Shown piece after piece: positions 38,500 to 51,764 of a stretch of DNA of 64,000 bases. Positions within the stretch are counted from its first letter, which is position 1, and every line of letters starts with the position of its first letter. A program made the translations under genes and the position numbers. Below the pieces are notes generated by a model, which saw only the letters and a list, made by a program, of their open reading frames with translations, ran no database searches and was not told where the DNA came from. The stretch is from the human T2T-CHM13v2.0 reference genome, Homo sapiens. The stretch lies in NCBI RefSeq assembly GCF_009914755.1, contig NC_060933.1; one strand, 5' to 3'.

Positions 38500-40543
38500 A
38501 AACAATCCTAAGCAAAAAGAACAAAGCTGAAGGTATCACATTACCAGACTTCAAACTATACTGCAAGGCTACAGCAACCAAAATGTCAGAGGCATGTGAA
38601 CCAGAACAACTCCATCTTGATTAGGAGCTGGGTAAAATGAGGCTGGAACCTGTTGGGCTGCATTCCCAGACAATTAAGGCATTCTAAGTCACAGCATGAA
38701 ACAGGATGTCAGCACAAGGTATGAGTCATAGAGACCATGCTGATGAAACAGGTTGCAGTAGAGAAGCCGGCTCTAACCAACCAAAAACCAAGATGGCCAC
38801 AAGAGTGACCTCTGGCCATCCTCACTACTACACTCCCATCAGTGCCATGACAGTTTACAAATGCCATGGCAATGTCAGGAAGTTACCCTATATGCTCTAA
38901 AAAGGGGAAGCATGAATAATCCACCCCTTATTTAGCATGTCATTAAGAAATAACCATAAAAATGGGCAACCGGCAGCACTCAGGGCTGCTCTGTCTATGG
39001 AGTAGCCATTCTTTTGTTCCTTTACTTTTTTAATAGACTTGCTTTCACTTTGCTCTGCAGACTCTCCCTGAATTCTTTCTTGCGTGAAATCCAAGAACCC
39101 TCTCTTGGGTTCTGGATCGGGACCTCTTTCCTGTAACATATTTATCTGTCCTGTAACAAAAACAGCATAGTATTGGTACAAAAGCAGACATCTGAACCAA
39201 CAGAACAGAATAGAGAGCCCAGAAATAAAGTTGAATACCTCTAACTATCTGATCTTCAATAAATTTGATGAAAAAAAGCAATGGGGAAAGGACTTTCTAT
39301 TCAACAAACGGTGATGGGATAACTGGTTAGCCATATGCAGAAGATTGAATGCCCTGCTTACACCATATACAAAAATCAACTCAAGATTAATGGAAGATTT
39401 ACATGTAAAACCTAAAACTATAAAAACCCTGGAAGATAACCTAGGAAATACCATTCTGGACATAGGTCCTGGCAAAGATTTCATGACAAAGACACCAAAA
39501 GTAATTGCAACAACAAACAAAAATTGACAAGTAGAACCTAATTAAACTAAAGAGCTTCTGCACAGCAAAAGAAACTATCAACAGAGTAAACAGATAACCT
39601 ACAGATGGGAGAAAATATTTGCAAACTATGCATCTGACAAAGGTCTAATATCCAGAATCTATAAGGAACTTAAAGTAACAAGCAAAAAACAAACAACCTC
39701 ATTTAAAAGTGGGCAAAGGACGTGAACAGACACTACTCAAAAGAAGACATACATGTGGCCAGCAGCGTATGAAAAAATATACAACATCACTAATCACCAG
39801 AGAAATGCAAATTAAAACTACAATGAGATAATACCTCACACCAGCCAAAATGGCTATTATTAAAAGTCAAAAATAACAGATTCTGGTGAGGCTGTGGAGA
39901 AAAGGAAATGCTTATACACTGCTGGTGGGAGTGTAAATTCATCCACTGTGGAAAGCAGTTTGGAGATTTCTCAAAGAATTTAAAACAGAACTACCATTCA
40001 ACCTAGCAATCCCATTACTGGGTATATACCCAAATGAATGTAAATCATTCTACCATAAAGACACATGCACACGTTATGTTCATTGCAGCATTATTCACAA
40101 TAGCAAAGACATGGAATTAACCTACATGCCCAATGATAGACTGAAAAAAGAAAAAGTAGTACATATACACCATGGAATACTACACAGCCATACAAAAGAA
40201 AAAGATCATATCCTTTGCAAAGCATGAATGGAGCTGGAGGTCATTATCTTAAGCAAACTAATGCAGGAATAGAAAACCAAATACTGCATGTTCTCACCTA
40301 TAAGTGGGAGCCAAACATTGAGTACACATGGCCACAAAGAAAGGAACAACAGACACTGGGGCCTACTTGTGGATGGAAGCTGGGAGGGGAGGGTGAGGAC
40401 CAAAAACCTATTTATCGGGTACTATGCTTATTACCTAGGTTATGAAATAATTTGCACACCAAATCCCTGTGACCTGAAAATTACCTGTGTAACAAATCTG
40501 GACACGTTCCCCTGAACCTAAAGTTAAAGTTTAAAAAAAAAAC
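38500..40543 (+). mobile_element. 5'-truncated L1PA16-type (ORF2 end, 3'UTR, A-tail), interrupted by MER41
   Basis: acaatcctaagcaaaaagaacaaagctg...tatcgggtactatgcttattacc...cccctgaacctaaagttaaagtttaaaaaaaaaa. Confidence 0.85.
38584..39138 (+). mobile_element. MER41A-type ERV1 LTR (555 bp)
   Basis: tgtcagaggcatgtgaaccagaacaactccatcttg...ggatcgggacctctttcctgtaaca. Length and absence of TTCCGGGAA fit MER41A rather than MER41B. Confidence 0.85.
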
Positions 40544-40577
40544 CACAGTATCTTAAGATAAAAATTTTAAAACTTAT

Positions 40578-40975
40578 GATGGCCATAAAGAGGAATGAAG
40601 TATTAAGTTATGCTACAACTTGGTTGAACCCTGAAGACATTATGCTAAGTAAAAGAACCTTAAACACATTATGCTAAGTAAAGTCCACATATATGATTTT
40701 ATTTATATAAAATGTCCAGTACAGGAAAATCTAGAGACAAAGTAGGCAACTGATTACTTAGCTCTGGAGGATAGGGTGGGGAAAATAGGAGGGTAACAGC
40801 TTAAGGGTATAAGATTTCTTTCTGAGGTGATAAAAATATTCTAAAATTGACTCTGATGTTGGCTTCATGTACATGTGAGTATATTAAAAAAAAAATTGTA
40901 TCGTTCACTTGGAATACACAAATTGTAAGGTATGTGAATTACATCTTAATATATTTTTATTTAAAAATAAAAAAC
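40578..40975 (+). mobile_element. L1MB-type 3'UTR fragment
   Basis: gccataaagaggaatgaagta...gtatgtgaattacatcttaat, with a ~29-nt internal tandem duplication (acattatgctaagtaaa x2). Confidence 0.7.
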
Positions 40976-41089
40976 TTCAAAAAAGATTAAATATGATTTT
41001 GCTAAAATCACAATGAAATTCCCAGTGGGAGTGTGCGTGCACGTGTACATGTGTGTTTGGTGTTTTGTTCTGGGAGTCTAGGAGGAAAT

Positions 41090-41657
41090 AATAAAACTCC
41101 TCAAAAACACCGTTTACTCCTCTCCACTCCCAGCTCCCCCGAGGTGAGGTATGACTAGGTGACAAGTTCCAGACCTATGCTCTCCCATAAGGTAGCCACT
41201 AGCCACATGTGGTTATTTATTTTGAAAATTAAATTAATATTTTCCCCAAATTCAAAATTCAATTCATCAGTCACATTAGCCACGTTCCAAGCATTCAATA
41301 GCCACACAAAACAAATGGCTACTGCACTGTAGAGTGCAGATTCTAGTACATTTCCATTATGGTAGACAATACATGTGTCTCTTTAACCCACACACAGTTC
41401 TCCAGCTGCTCTCCCACTGTTCTGGTGACTAGGGCACTGAGAAGGTGGCATTTTCTAGGTGGTGGCGCTATAAAGTGTTGAAGCCTAGGTCAGCCTGCTG
41501 AGTAATTCTGTGGAGAAATCCTCTCTCCTGCCCCACTCATACCCACCCATATGGGGCATAGACTCTGAGAAAAACATTAAATTCTGTTGTGTTAACCTGC
41601 TTAGATTTGGGAGTTGTTTGCTATCACAGTTTATCCCACCCATTCATGCCTAAGACA
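41090..41657 (+). mobile_element. Old MLT1 LTR split by MER3
   Basis: attaaattctgttgtgttaacctgcttagatttgggagttgtttgc...cctaagaca. Confidence 0.5.
41172..41372. mobile_element. MER3 (hAT-Charlie)
   Basis: ggtagccactagccacatgtggtta...cagtcacattagccacgttccaagcattcaatagccac. Confidence 0.75.
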
Positions 41658-42659
41658 GGCAGCCAATGGTCAGATAGATATTATAAAGAGGTCAGGATAC
41701 TTGACAAAGTGATTCAAAAACGCAAGTATAAGCATAAGAAATAATTCAGTAAAATTCTGAAAAAGAAGAATAAATAGCAAGACTCTGATATTTTAGATAT
41801 TAAAATACACTGTAAAGTTACAATAGGAAAGAATGCAGGAAGAGGCAGACAGATCAATGAAAGAGAAGGGATGTGAGAATAAATGAAAATTTAGTGTGAC
41901 ATAAAGGTGTCATGTCTAAGTACCTGTGTTCCTATATGCTAACCAGAGTCTTAGAGTGTGAGATGGAAGCACTTTCTCTATTCTCTCCCAGAAGACTTGC
42001 CCTGATAGAGCCATCTAGGAACTGGGTCCACCAACACAAGGCACCTTTATAATTTTGTAATCCCTTGGTCCCCTGCTCAATGAAGTCTGTCTCCACCCTG
42101 TTTTCTCCTTAATTGTAATTGCCCCAGGCATTCTATTAACTTATTGTCTGTTATCATTTTAATTCCTCAGAGCCCTACCCACAAGGCCAATCCTATCTCA
42201 TCAGCCTCACAGTTGATACTTTTTGAATGAAGCTGGAACTTAATGCCTCACTTAGCACACGCTTAACTTGTATTTTATCCTCTTAAACCTAGATCTTCCT
42301 GTCTATGGTTGCTCGCTTCTCTATACTGCTGAAATAGTTACCATAGTCCATAGATAACATGCTCTATAGTTTATTAATCTCGTTAACAATTTGTAAAATC
42401 TAAATTTGATCTATTCTTTCCGGCTATTTCTCATGATCACACACATCTAATAATAAATATTATATACTAATAAAGTCTCCATTACCAGGTAAAATTATGT
42501 TCACAATCCCAGTAATTATGTGGGTCTCCAGTTTCCTCAGGCATAGTCTACTCAAATCTGGCATCATCTACTAGTTTAATGACATTTTTCAGTGCAAATA
42601 ACACCTAATGTGCACAAGTCTGCTTTTCCAGTGTTCTTTGGAGATAAAACAACTAGAAT

Positions 42660-43107
42660 TTGGGTGAAAATTTTTGAATTTTCACATTATTCAGTACACC
42701 CAAACAAGTACTAGATATATTAATTTGAATGTTAGAAAATAATAACACGAGTTATTAGAAGAATAAATGAGATAATATTTTTATAATCTAGAGAAAGATC
42801 TTCCTGTCACACTGACACTAAAAACAGTCAAGGAAAATATTAATAAATTTGATTGTGTACATTTAAAATATGAAGGACACCAGCAAAAACAATACAAAAA
42901 ACTCCATAAAGACGTAATATGTTTTAGTATACAAAAATTAAATAATCACGAATAAAAATGAGAAAAAACAATTTAAATACATACAATTAAGGTTAGATAT
43001 TTTGTAAAAACAAAATAAAAACTCAAAAAAAGATGATCATTTCAGTAGATGTCTGGACAAAGGACATAAATAGCCAAGACGCAAAAGAAGACTTATAAAT
43101 GACAAAT

Positions 43108-43149
<42 letters not shown>

Positions 43150-43880
43150 GATAGATAGATAGATAGATAGATACTCAAATACCCAATTAAGGAAATGCAA
43201 ATTTTAAAAATGATGAGGCATTTTTTTTCACCTTTCCACAGAACGCTATAGAATGTTAAATGGATGGGACTAAGACCCAAGGTTGAGGAGGGTTTGGTAA
43301 AAAGGACGGTCACACTGGTAATAGGAGTGTAAAATATCACAACTTTGAAAAGGTCAGTTTTTAAAATATGTTTGAAAGTTTAAAAGAGCCTCTGAATTAA
43401 TAGGATAATAATAATAGTTGAAATTTACCCCAAGGAGATAATCCCAGAAGTGTGTAGCAATATTGTTTACACTGGCAGGAATTTGGACCCATTCTATCTA
43501 TACGTCAGAAGGGGACTGAAACATTAGTGCTAAAAACTTACAATGCACTATTTTTTCCATCACCTAACATGGTGATACATATCTATTTTCATTCACATGG
43601 AAAAATGCCCAGAACATATTATTGAGAGAAAAAATGTTAGTTATGCATCCGCATGTATATACAAACCTCTTTATGTAAAATTATATATTGAAAGCTATGT
43701 GTGTATGTGTGCATAAGAAGATGAATAAAGGAATGTTAGATGAACTTGTAATTATTATCTCTAGATGGTGGAAGTTCAGATGAACTTTACATTCTCCTTT
43801 CTACTTTTCTGTACTGTTTTTAAAACTCTGCAATGTATCTGTATCTGCTATAACAAAAATAATTTCACAGAAATAAAAAA
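42660..43880 (+). mobile_element. Old L1ME-type ORF2 end / 3'UTR fragments
   Basis: tggacaaaggacataaatag...aaggaaatgcaaattttaaaaatgatgaggc...aatttaccccaaggagataatc. Confidence 0.55.
43109..43173. repeat. Tetranucleotide STR (TAGA)10 TGA (TAGA)5
   Basis: Read directly from the sequence. Confidence 0.97.
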
Positions 43881-44168
43881 TTTAAATGACAATGACAAAT
43901 ATTACTAATGTATAGCAAACTGGGAAAATATTTATAATAATTTATGAGAAAAAAATCACAAAATTATTACATCTACACTATGCTTGCATCTCCAAAATAG
44001 GTAGGTTTACTGGCAAGGAATAAAAAAGAACAAAAATACAAGGAAATAGCTGATATGCTGTTGAATTTACACAGTTGATTTTTCTTTTCTTATAAAAGTG
44101 TCAGTTATTGTTCTGTCACTTGCTCAATAAACATATTTTAATAAAATGTAAGTATCTTAATAGGATAG

Positions 44169-44710
44169 TGTTAGAGACCAAAATGTGTCACCCTAAAATA
44201 TGCCACTTTGGTATCTTGATTGTCTTAAGCCAAAGGCACTTCAAAAACAGCAAATGCAGGAAAAGGCTTTCTCTGGACTTCTCTATCTGCCTAGAGACAG
44301 ATCCTTCAAAGGAAATCAACTCCTCAAGAGTTTCATCAACCGAGGAAAATTAACTCATATTACAGGAGAGGAGACTAGAAGTTGACACCACACCCAGACT
44401 TTGTCACAAACCATTATATCTCCCATTTATTCTTCTAAGGGTCCATTTCTCTTTCCTAAAAATCATTTATTCTCCCCTAAGTGCCCTGCTTTCCTTTTCC
44501 CTTCACTAATTAAAATGCTCTATAAGCTCTAAAAACTTATTATTTTTGGGGGAAGTGCTCGTTTTTCACCTGTGATGTCCCTCTAAAAGTACTATTAAAA
44601 ATTAATAAGTTCTAATACATTTCCTCCTGTTAATCTGCCTATTGTCAGTTCACTCTATGGACCCAGATATCAAATCTAGGAGAGTAGAAGGAAAACGATT
44701 TCCTAAAACA
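44169..44710 (+). mobile_element. MER34-family ERV1 LTR
   Basis: tgttagagaccaaaatgtgtcaccctaaaatatgccactttgg...cctgttaatctgcctattgtcagt...aaca. Confidence 0.7.
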
Positions 44711-44994
44711 GGTAGAACCAATAAAGGAAGAAAAGCAGACAAAGAACATTTTGGTGATTTGGTTGTTGAAAGGAAAAGCTATCAGAAGAGAGTTGCAAAC
44801 TTCCAGAAATTTGGAAGAAAGATGTGGCATGGTTACAAACTATAAAGCTCCCACTACACCCCCAAATCAGTCTACAGGAAAATTTCATCCTGGGAATATT
44901 TTGAATACCATTGATATAGAGCAGAAATGGTAAAAGAAAATCCAAGTTTGTAACCTTTATCTCAGGCTCTTAGTAGAAAATATTCCCAGTAATG

Positions 44995-45300
44995 GGTCGG
45001 GCATATGGCTCACGCCCGTAATCCCAGCACTTTGGGAGGCTGAGATAGGTAGATCACTTGAGGTCAGGAGTTCGAGACCAACCTGGGCAACATGGTGAAA
45101 CCCTGTCTCTACTAAAAAAAAATACAAAAATTAGCTGGGCGTGGTGACACATGCCTGTAATCCCAGCTACTCAGGAGGCTGAGGCAGGAGAATCGCTTGA
45201 ACCCGGGAGGCGGAGGTTGTAGTGAGCCAAGATGGCGCCACAGCACTTCAGCCTGGGTGACAGAGTGAGACTCAGTCTCAAAAAAAAAAAAAAAAAAAAA
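44995..45300 (+). mobile_element. AluSx/Sz-type
   Basis: Full dimer with A-tail; imperfect TSD aaaatattcccagtaatg/aaaacattcctaataatg. Confidence 0.93.
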
Positions 45301-45914
45301 ACATTCCTAATAATGATAAGATGCCTGAACGCAGAATAAACACTGCATGTACTCCTTTAAGTTTAGGTCAACATGAAGCTCTTCAACAAAGCCTTGATCT
45401 CGCAGTTTCCTACAAATTACTTAAAACTCACTATGGATTTTTCCAGTCAAATTAAACAAGCCCTGCCAGGCTAGCCCCCTCTATGTTCACACTGGGTAAC
45501 TTTGTTAAGGAATTATCCACAGAATGTCCTTACATTATCTAGTGGTGTTATGAATTCCTTATGCTCAAAGGCCCCTTGGGATGGGAGGAAGAGCTTTCAG
45601 GTTCTCACTGAAAAGATTATCTTGAAGTTTTACAGGCATAGCCTTCAGAAAAGCGTTTGTTTCCTAGCATAATAATTTCTACATATTTTAATCTTAAGAG
45701 CCTGGGAAGGTCTCTGAGGATGCATCAGAAAGAATTCCAGTTTCCTAACCCAGAAAGATGCTCCTAGTGTCATGGGAACCCAGTGAATTGGTGCAGTGAA
45801 ATGCTAGCAAAATGCATTCATCTCTGATAGCTTTGTCTTTTGCCTCCAAATGTGAGAACCAGAAAACTGCAGAATGTTAGCTGTGGAAGCAAGGAAAGAT
45901 CATAGAGCCAGTAC

Positions 45915-46110
45915 AGCCCCAGGAGCTACCTCAAGGGCAGCTGTGGGGGAGGTTTTTTGGAATTTTTTGATGGGTCATTGAAGCAAATTGACAGGAGCTC
46001 TCTGCCCTCCCACTGCTGCCATCAAAGCAGTCACACTTTACTTGTTTCATACATTGAACTTCCTGTGGGACTTGGTATGAGGTGTGAAGGAAAATTGTGA
46101 AAGACTGAAT
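45915..46110. mobile_element. MER117-like hAT fragment
   Basis: catcaaagcagtcacactttacttgtttcatacattgaacttcc. Confidence 0.45.
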
Positions 46111-46519
46111 TAGACCAAAAGATTACTGAATATCTCCAATGGGAAACAAGGCATTGTTTAAAATACCCTCTGAGTTATCTGATTCTGTGGGGATTCTGGG
46201 CCTTTTCTTATCTTTGAGCTATTTTCCAATTTTGTAGCTTGCAATGCAAATGACGTTTGTACACAGAGATGCAAATTCTGTCCAGTGGAGGGACAATTGA
46301 ACAGATCTTCCCCGCAAAGAAAAATCCATTTCTGCATTCCTGATTCAACTATACAAATGTGATAATTTCAATTATTTGAACTAGTTGTAACATCTTACTG
46401 GTTTTCTCATAATTTAATGAGTTAAATAAAATCTTTGACAAATATTCATTTTATACTTGTATGGGAGTCATGATTTTACACTTAAAAAATCCTTTGAAAG
46501 AAAAAATCAATATATTGAA

Positions 46520-46975
46520 ACTGAGTCTCACCCAAATCCCCTAATTTGACAGATGAGAGAACTGAGGCCCAGAGGGGTGAAGTGATGAACCAAGATACCA
46601 ACTAAACCTTTCTCACAAAAAATATACTCCCTGTTAAATGAACATGAGAGCTGTGTACTCACTCATGCTGTCAAGGGGTAAATTGATCACACCAGTCCAT
46701 ATTTTATGATGTATTTATACTATACCAACATTGAGGTTTACATACTAGTGAAAGATTCTGAACTCACTTGGACTGAGTTTAATTCCCAACTCTCCTATTT
46801 CCAAGCATATGATTTAGGCAAGTTACCTTTTCTTTGTCTGATTTTCATTACTTGGAAAATGGAAACAATAATAGTCTCCATTTTATACTCTTAGGATGAG
46901 TGTAGCATTAAATTGCATAATACTTATTCAGCTTTATGAGAGTGGCTGGCACATAGAAGTGTCTACAAACATTAT
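46520..46975. mobile_element. Two MIR fragments (minus about 46520-46600; plus about 46745-46975)
   Basis: acagatgagagaactgaggcccagag; tgatttaggcaagttacc...ggaaaatggaaacaataatag...ctggcacatag. Confidence 0.65.
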
Positions 46976-46978
46976 ATA

Positions 46979-47330
46979 CGTTAAAAGATAAACTTAGGCA
47001 CATTAAAATTTTGAAGAGTTTATTTGAGCAGACAATGATTCATGAATTGGGCAGCACCAGACTGCAAGTGGTTCAGCGCTACACTGGGGGAAGAGGCAAG
47101 AGAGAAATTTTTATAAGATGTTCATGGAAGCAAGATAAAGAAAATATATTTGATTGGTTAATGTGGAAAGTTCCTAGTTAGAGATGAGTTGGTGATTTCT
47201 GATTGGTTAAACTTAAGTTTCATTTTACTGTTTACATTGGGCTTTGGTTTGATTAGGCAGGAACCCAAGGCACTATACTTGACCCAGCCTAATGACCTCC
47301 ATTAGGCCATTAAATTAACTAATTTCAAAA
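46979..47330 (-). mobile_element. MER93-like ERV1 LTR
   Basis: gttaaaagataaacttaggcacattaaaattttgaagagtttatttgagca...gattcatgaattgggcagc, with repeated tgattggtta. Confidence 0.6.
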
Positions 47331-48439
47331 GATATATATTCTATTACCATATTGCAGCTTTATTATCTATGATAATCTAAGGCACAGTTTGCTTATACAG
47401 AAGTTATATCTTGAAATGTACTAATATAAAATGCAATGTTTCTAAGAATGTCTACATATGGTTAATATTATGGATTATGTGACCACATAGACAGATTCTA
47501 GTGTAATTTCATAACAATTTAGTGAAATCTAGAATATTTCATTAATTTTCATCATAAAAATTTATTTAATAAATAAAGAATAATATACCCTCACCTTTCA
47601 CATATGACTGTGATATTTAATCACTATATATTTTACTCCATATTTCACTCTTTAGCATTCCCTTCCAGCATCCACCAGTGTTAGCACAGAGTAGGTGTTC
47701 AATAAATGTTGTTAAATAACCTAGAAACTGTACATGGCATTTTAATACCTACTGATAACCATATGCAACTGTGACCTTAAAATGAAAACAGGAGCTGAGC
47801 ATTTGTTCTTCATGTGCACAGAGATGTCTAGTGTTCACTTTTAGTTCTTTCATTATTGTTCCTCTTCCCTAAACTCTCTTTGACTCTGCAATTCTAGGAT
47901 GTTCTATAATTAGAAGCCAGCAAGGCATCAACTACTTCCTCTGGGCAAGTTTGTGCCTTAACACCTCTCAGTGACCTTCTGTGCTAATTAAACTACGTGT
48001 GAGAATAAAGAACATTGGTACTTAACTGAAATAAAAAGCAATTAAGTGGGAACATTTGGAGATGATTGTATGTTAATAAGAAATCTTAATCAATGTGTAT
48101 ACCTATGAGACTAACTGAAGCACCTTTAAAGAATTCACATTTTCTAATCAAACAAAATACAAACTTCCTTATTTCCTAAGATGTGCACAAGCTCACAAAA
48201 GTCTTTGATTGTTTCACAGACAGAAGGGAAAATTACTGTCTTCCGTTGTTCTCTTTGTAGCTTTCTGGAAATCAGCAAGACATCCCTGAAGCAATTTATT
48301 TTCTCTAACATATAAATTGAGAATACTCCAGATTTTATCCAACAAATCTAGGCTTGGTTTATGATCTTTCTAAATCTTCAAAGCACATTAATAATTTGTA
48401 TATGTGAAGAAATAAAATACATTAAACACAGAAAGTTTA

Positions 48440-48648
48440 GATGAGGTGCAATCACAAGCCAAATTTGACACTACCTCTTTCAGTACAGCCCAAGAGCTAG
48501 GAATGTTTTTCACACTTTTAAAGTACTGTTTTTAAAATAAACTTAGAAAAAAAAAAACAGAAAAATATGTTATAGGGACTATATGCAGCCCAAAAAGCCT
48601 AAACTATTTACCATATAGCTCTTTTTAGAAAAAGTATGCTAATCTCTC
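48440..48648. mobile_element. MER58C-like hAT
   Basis: cagcccaagagctaggaatgtttttcac...aaagcctaaactatttaccata...agaaaaagtatgctaatctc. Confidence 0.6.
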
Positions 48649-48688
48649 ATTTAATTGATAGTTCAATCTGATAATATTAGTACTAACC

Positions 48689-48988
48689 AGGTGGGCACGG
48701 TGGCTCATGCCTGTAATCCCAGCACTTTGGGAGGCCAAGGCAGGCAGATCACGAGGTCAGGAGTTTGAGACCAGCCCTGGCCAACATAGTGAAACCCCGT
48801 CTCTACTAAAAATACAAAAAAATTAGCCGGGCGTGGTGAAGGGGGCCTGTAATCCCAGCTACTTGGGAGGCTGAGGCAAGGAAAATCGCTTGAACCTGGG
48901 AAGTGGAGGTTGCAGTGAGCCGAGATTATACCACTGCACTCCAGCTTGGGTGACAGTGCGAGACTCCATCTCAAAAAAAAAAAAAAAA
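48689..48988 (+). mobile_element. AluSg-type
   Basis: GATCACGAGGTCAGGAGTTTGAGACCAGC diagnostic; A-tail. Confidence 0.92.
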
Positions 48989-49104
48989 GAAATTGTACTA
49001 TCCAAGTTCATAAAACCATCCTAATTCCAAAAAAAAAAAAAAGTTAAATAAAAATGAAGTTAACTAAAGAAGTTAAAATTTAATTTAATTTACTCATTAA
49101 ATAA

Positions 49105-49842
49105 TGAATAAATTCAATTACTTATTTCATTCCAATCATGTGCCAAGGAATGTTCACACAGTTGAGTCATTTACTTCTTACAAATGCCTTAAAAGGTACT
49201 CCTTATCCCTATTTTTATATGAGACAACTACAACCAAGACTAGTTAAGTAAGTTGCCCTATGTCACCCCATGCTTGTGTTACCAGATGGAAAGTCTTGAC
49301 TGTGAATTGTCCAGGTTCACGGTGCATTGAAGAAATAATTGAACAAAATGCACAAAGCAACAAAAGAACGAAGCAATGAAATTACAAATTTACTAAAGCA
49401 AAAGTACACTTCACAGAGTGAGAGCAGGCTCAAGCAAGCGGCCCAAGACCCCCAGTTGTAGTGTTCTTTAGGGTTTTTATCAAACTAAAATAATTTGGTA
49501 ACACCCATAGGTACACTTTAGAGGCTGCCAATTGGTAACACTCTAAGCAAATGAAGGCTTGGTTCGTGAGCAATCAGAGGCTGAAGTGGAAGCATGGCCC
49601 CTGATGAATAAGAGGCATTTCTCGTTTGTGATGTAGGGGAGAGGGGGTTTTGTAGAGGGAGGAGCCTCTGGCCTCTTGTCACTTGGGCATGCAGAGGTGG
49701 GGTTTTCCTTTCAGCCCAGTTCGAAGAAGAAAGCCATGGGTTGGCCTTAGGCTCCTTGTCTCCAGACCCTATTCTCCTGCCTCAGCTGAAGCTGATGTGT
49801 CTCTGATTCCAAAGCCTGAAAAATTTTCGTTATATTATACCA
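49105..49842 (-). mobile_element. MIR split by an ERV1 LTR
   Basis: ttatccctatttttatatgagacaac...gttaagtaagttgcccta on the left; ctgattccaaagcctg on the right. Confidence 0.5.
49277..49784 (-). mobile_element. MER51/LTR15-group ERV1 LTR
   Basis: Reverse strand starts TGAGGCAGGAGAATAGGGTCTGGAG and ends TGGTAACA. Confidence 0.75.
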
Positions 49843-50189
49843 GCTTTGTTACTGAAAAGAACATTCAGGAATGTAGTTAATAACCACTGGTGTTCAAGGA
49901 CCTGTTTTAATTAATAAAAATGATTTACATTAAACATTAAATTTTAATTTAAAATAAATGCATTTGAGGCATTGAAAATAATTTGTTTTCTAAATATGAC
50001 ATTCCCACAAGTTTTATACATTATGAATTGCCTTTAAATATTCTCCCTCTTCTAGTCCTTAGACACTGAGGAGTATATGTCAACCCATTTGACAAGGTTC
50101 AAATTAATGCATTTCCTGAATTATCCAATCTAAATTAATGAGGTTGTTCATATGGACCACAATAATTTCAGCAATTTCTTCTATTTTTT

Positions 50190-51300
50190 TTAATCTGTGC
50201 TGTGGTTTAAATCTTTTCTCTTGACCTGTCTTTTAATTCACTATCCCTATTTTCTGGTGTGTTTAATCTGCTGTTAAATCCATTTATTGAGTTCTTAATT
50301 GTGGATATTGTATTTTTCAAGCCAATAACTGCCATTTGATTATTCCATATAGATTTCAGCTCTCCAGTAAAATAATTTATCTTCTGCTCTATTTTCTTCA
50401 ACATAGTAATCACAGCTATTCTAAAGTCATTGTCTAATAATTCTAATACCTAGTTCTCCAGTGAGATTGTTTACATTATCTTTTTTATTTTTGGTCTTGG
50501 GTTTTGGTTGTATAGTCCTATCATATCACAAGACAAGTCACTTTTGATTGGATAATGGACATTGTTTACAACAATTGTAAAAGCTTTGGATGATGTTATC
50601 ATTTTCATCGAAGTTCATTCTTTTCTTTGCTAGACAAAGTGAGAGCAAATCCTCTTAACTCAAGGATTGAACCAAGTCAAGGCTGGATGACTTTTAGCTA
50701 ATGCTCAGTCCATTTCTAGCTTGCTATTTTACCTATGGTTTTGTGCCCCAGGACTTTCAGCTGAGAACATAATTTGTTCACCATGACCCCAAACCCTTGA
50801 AGGTCCTGAAATCTACCTTCTGTGTTCTGTGAAGCTGAAAAATTCTGATCTGCATTTCAGATGTTTTCAGATATTATTTATGGTCTTCTGCACAGTGAAA
50901 TTTTCAAATGTGGAAAATGTCTTGGGAAGAAAAATGATGTGGTTTTGAAAATCCTCAAGAATCTGGTTTTGTCTCTTCGGCCAGCTTAGACTGACAAATG
51001 GTATGATGCCTTTGTCCTCCAGAAAGGCCCTTATCCTGGGCAAAGCTTACCTGTTCTCAGCCCCTTGTCTGTGCCCAGAACAAGCAAGTTCTGGGAACAC
51101 TGGTTACAGGTTGTCATCTGCTGACCTCTCTATTGCTAGATCCTCTCTGGAATCTTAGACCCTGTATCCTGATTTCTTCAGTAGCTCACCGATGCCTTTA
51201 AATTTAGAAGTTTTACATTTTGTCTGGATTTTTTTGTTATGTAAAAGATCATTAGCCTACAGAAAACTACTCCATCTTATCCAGGTCCAGAAGTCTCACA
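50190..51300 (-). mobile_element. Old L1M 5'/ORF1 region
   Basis: ORF 50207-50413 (LKNTISTIKNSINGFNSRLNTPENRDSELKDRS) is the coiled-coil of an ancient L1 ORF1. Right boundary uncertain. Confidence 0.65.
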
Positions 51301-51764
51301 TCTGTGGGCTCCTAAACAAGAGATTGATAGAATAAAATTTCTATTTGCCAGATGGATAAAAGAAAAGAAACTGGGCAAGATGCAACAGACCTTAACCATG
51401 TTGGCAGAGGCAGGAATTAACAGAAACATAGAACTCTGATAATGTTATTTTCAATCTTTATAACACCTCCAAGGTAGATATTCTTGGCCTCCCTTTACAA
51501 ATTAATTTACAAGATGTACATTATTGTATTTACTATCCCCAAAGCCTAGGTATCTTCTGTGTGGTATAGTGGAGCTTTGTCCAAAGTAGCTCTGACATCA
51601 CTAAGCCTCAATTACTCGGTCTGTCAAATGAGAATAATAATATTTGTTTCATAATTCTGACCATTGAAATAAATACATATGAAAGCAACTCATTAATTAC
51701 AAAGAGATATATATTTTAAGGGCAACTGGGATACATAAAAATGAATGTTATAAAGGGAGGCATT

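Noticed and set aside
38584-39138. MER41B interferon-inducible enhancer
   Set aside because: No tandem GAS (TTCCGGGAA) motifs, and the length fits MER41A.
50207-50413. Coiled-coil ORF as a domesticated L1TD1-like gene
   Set aside because: Only 68 codons with a non-ATG start, inside a decayed L1M; best explained as a fossil ORF1.
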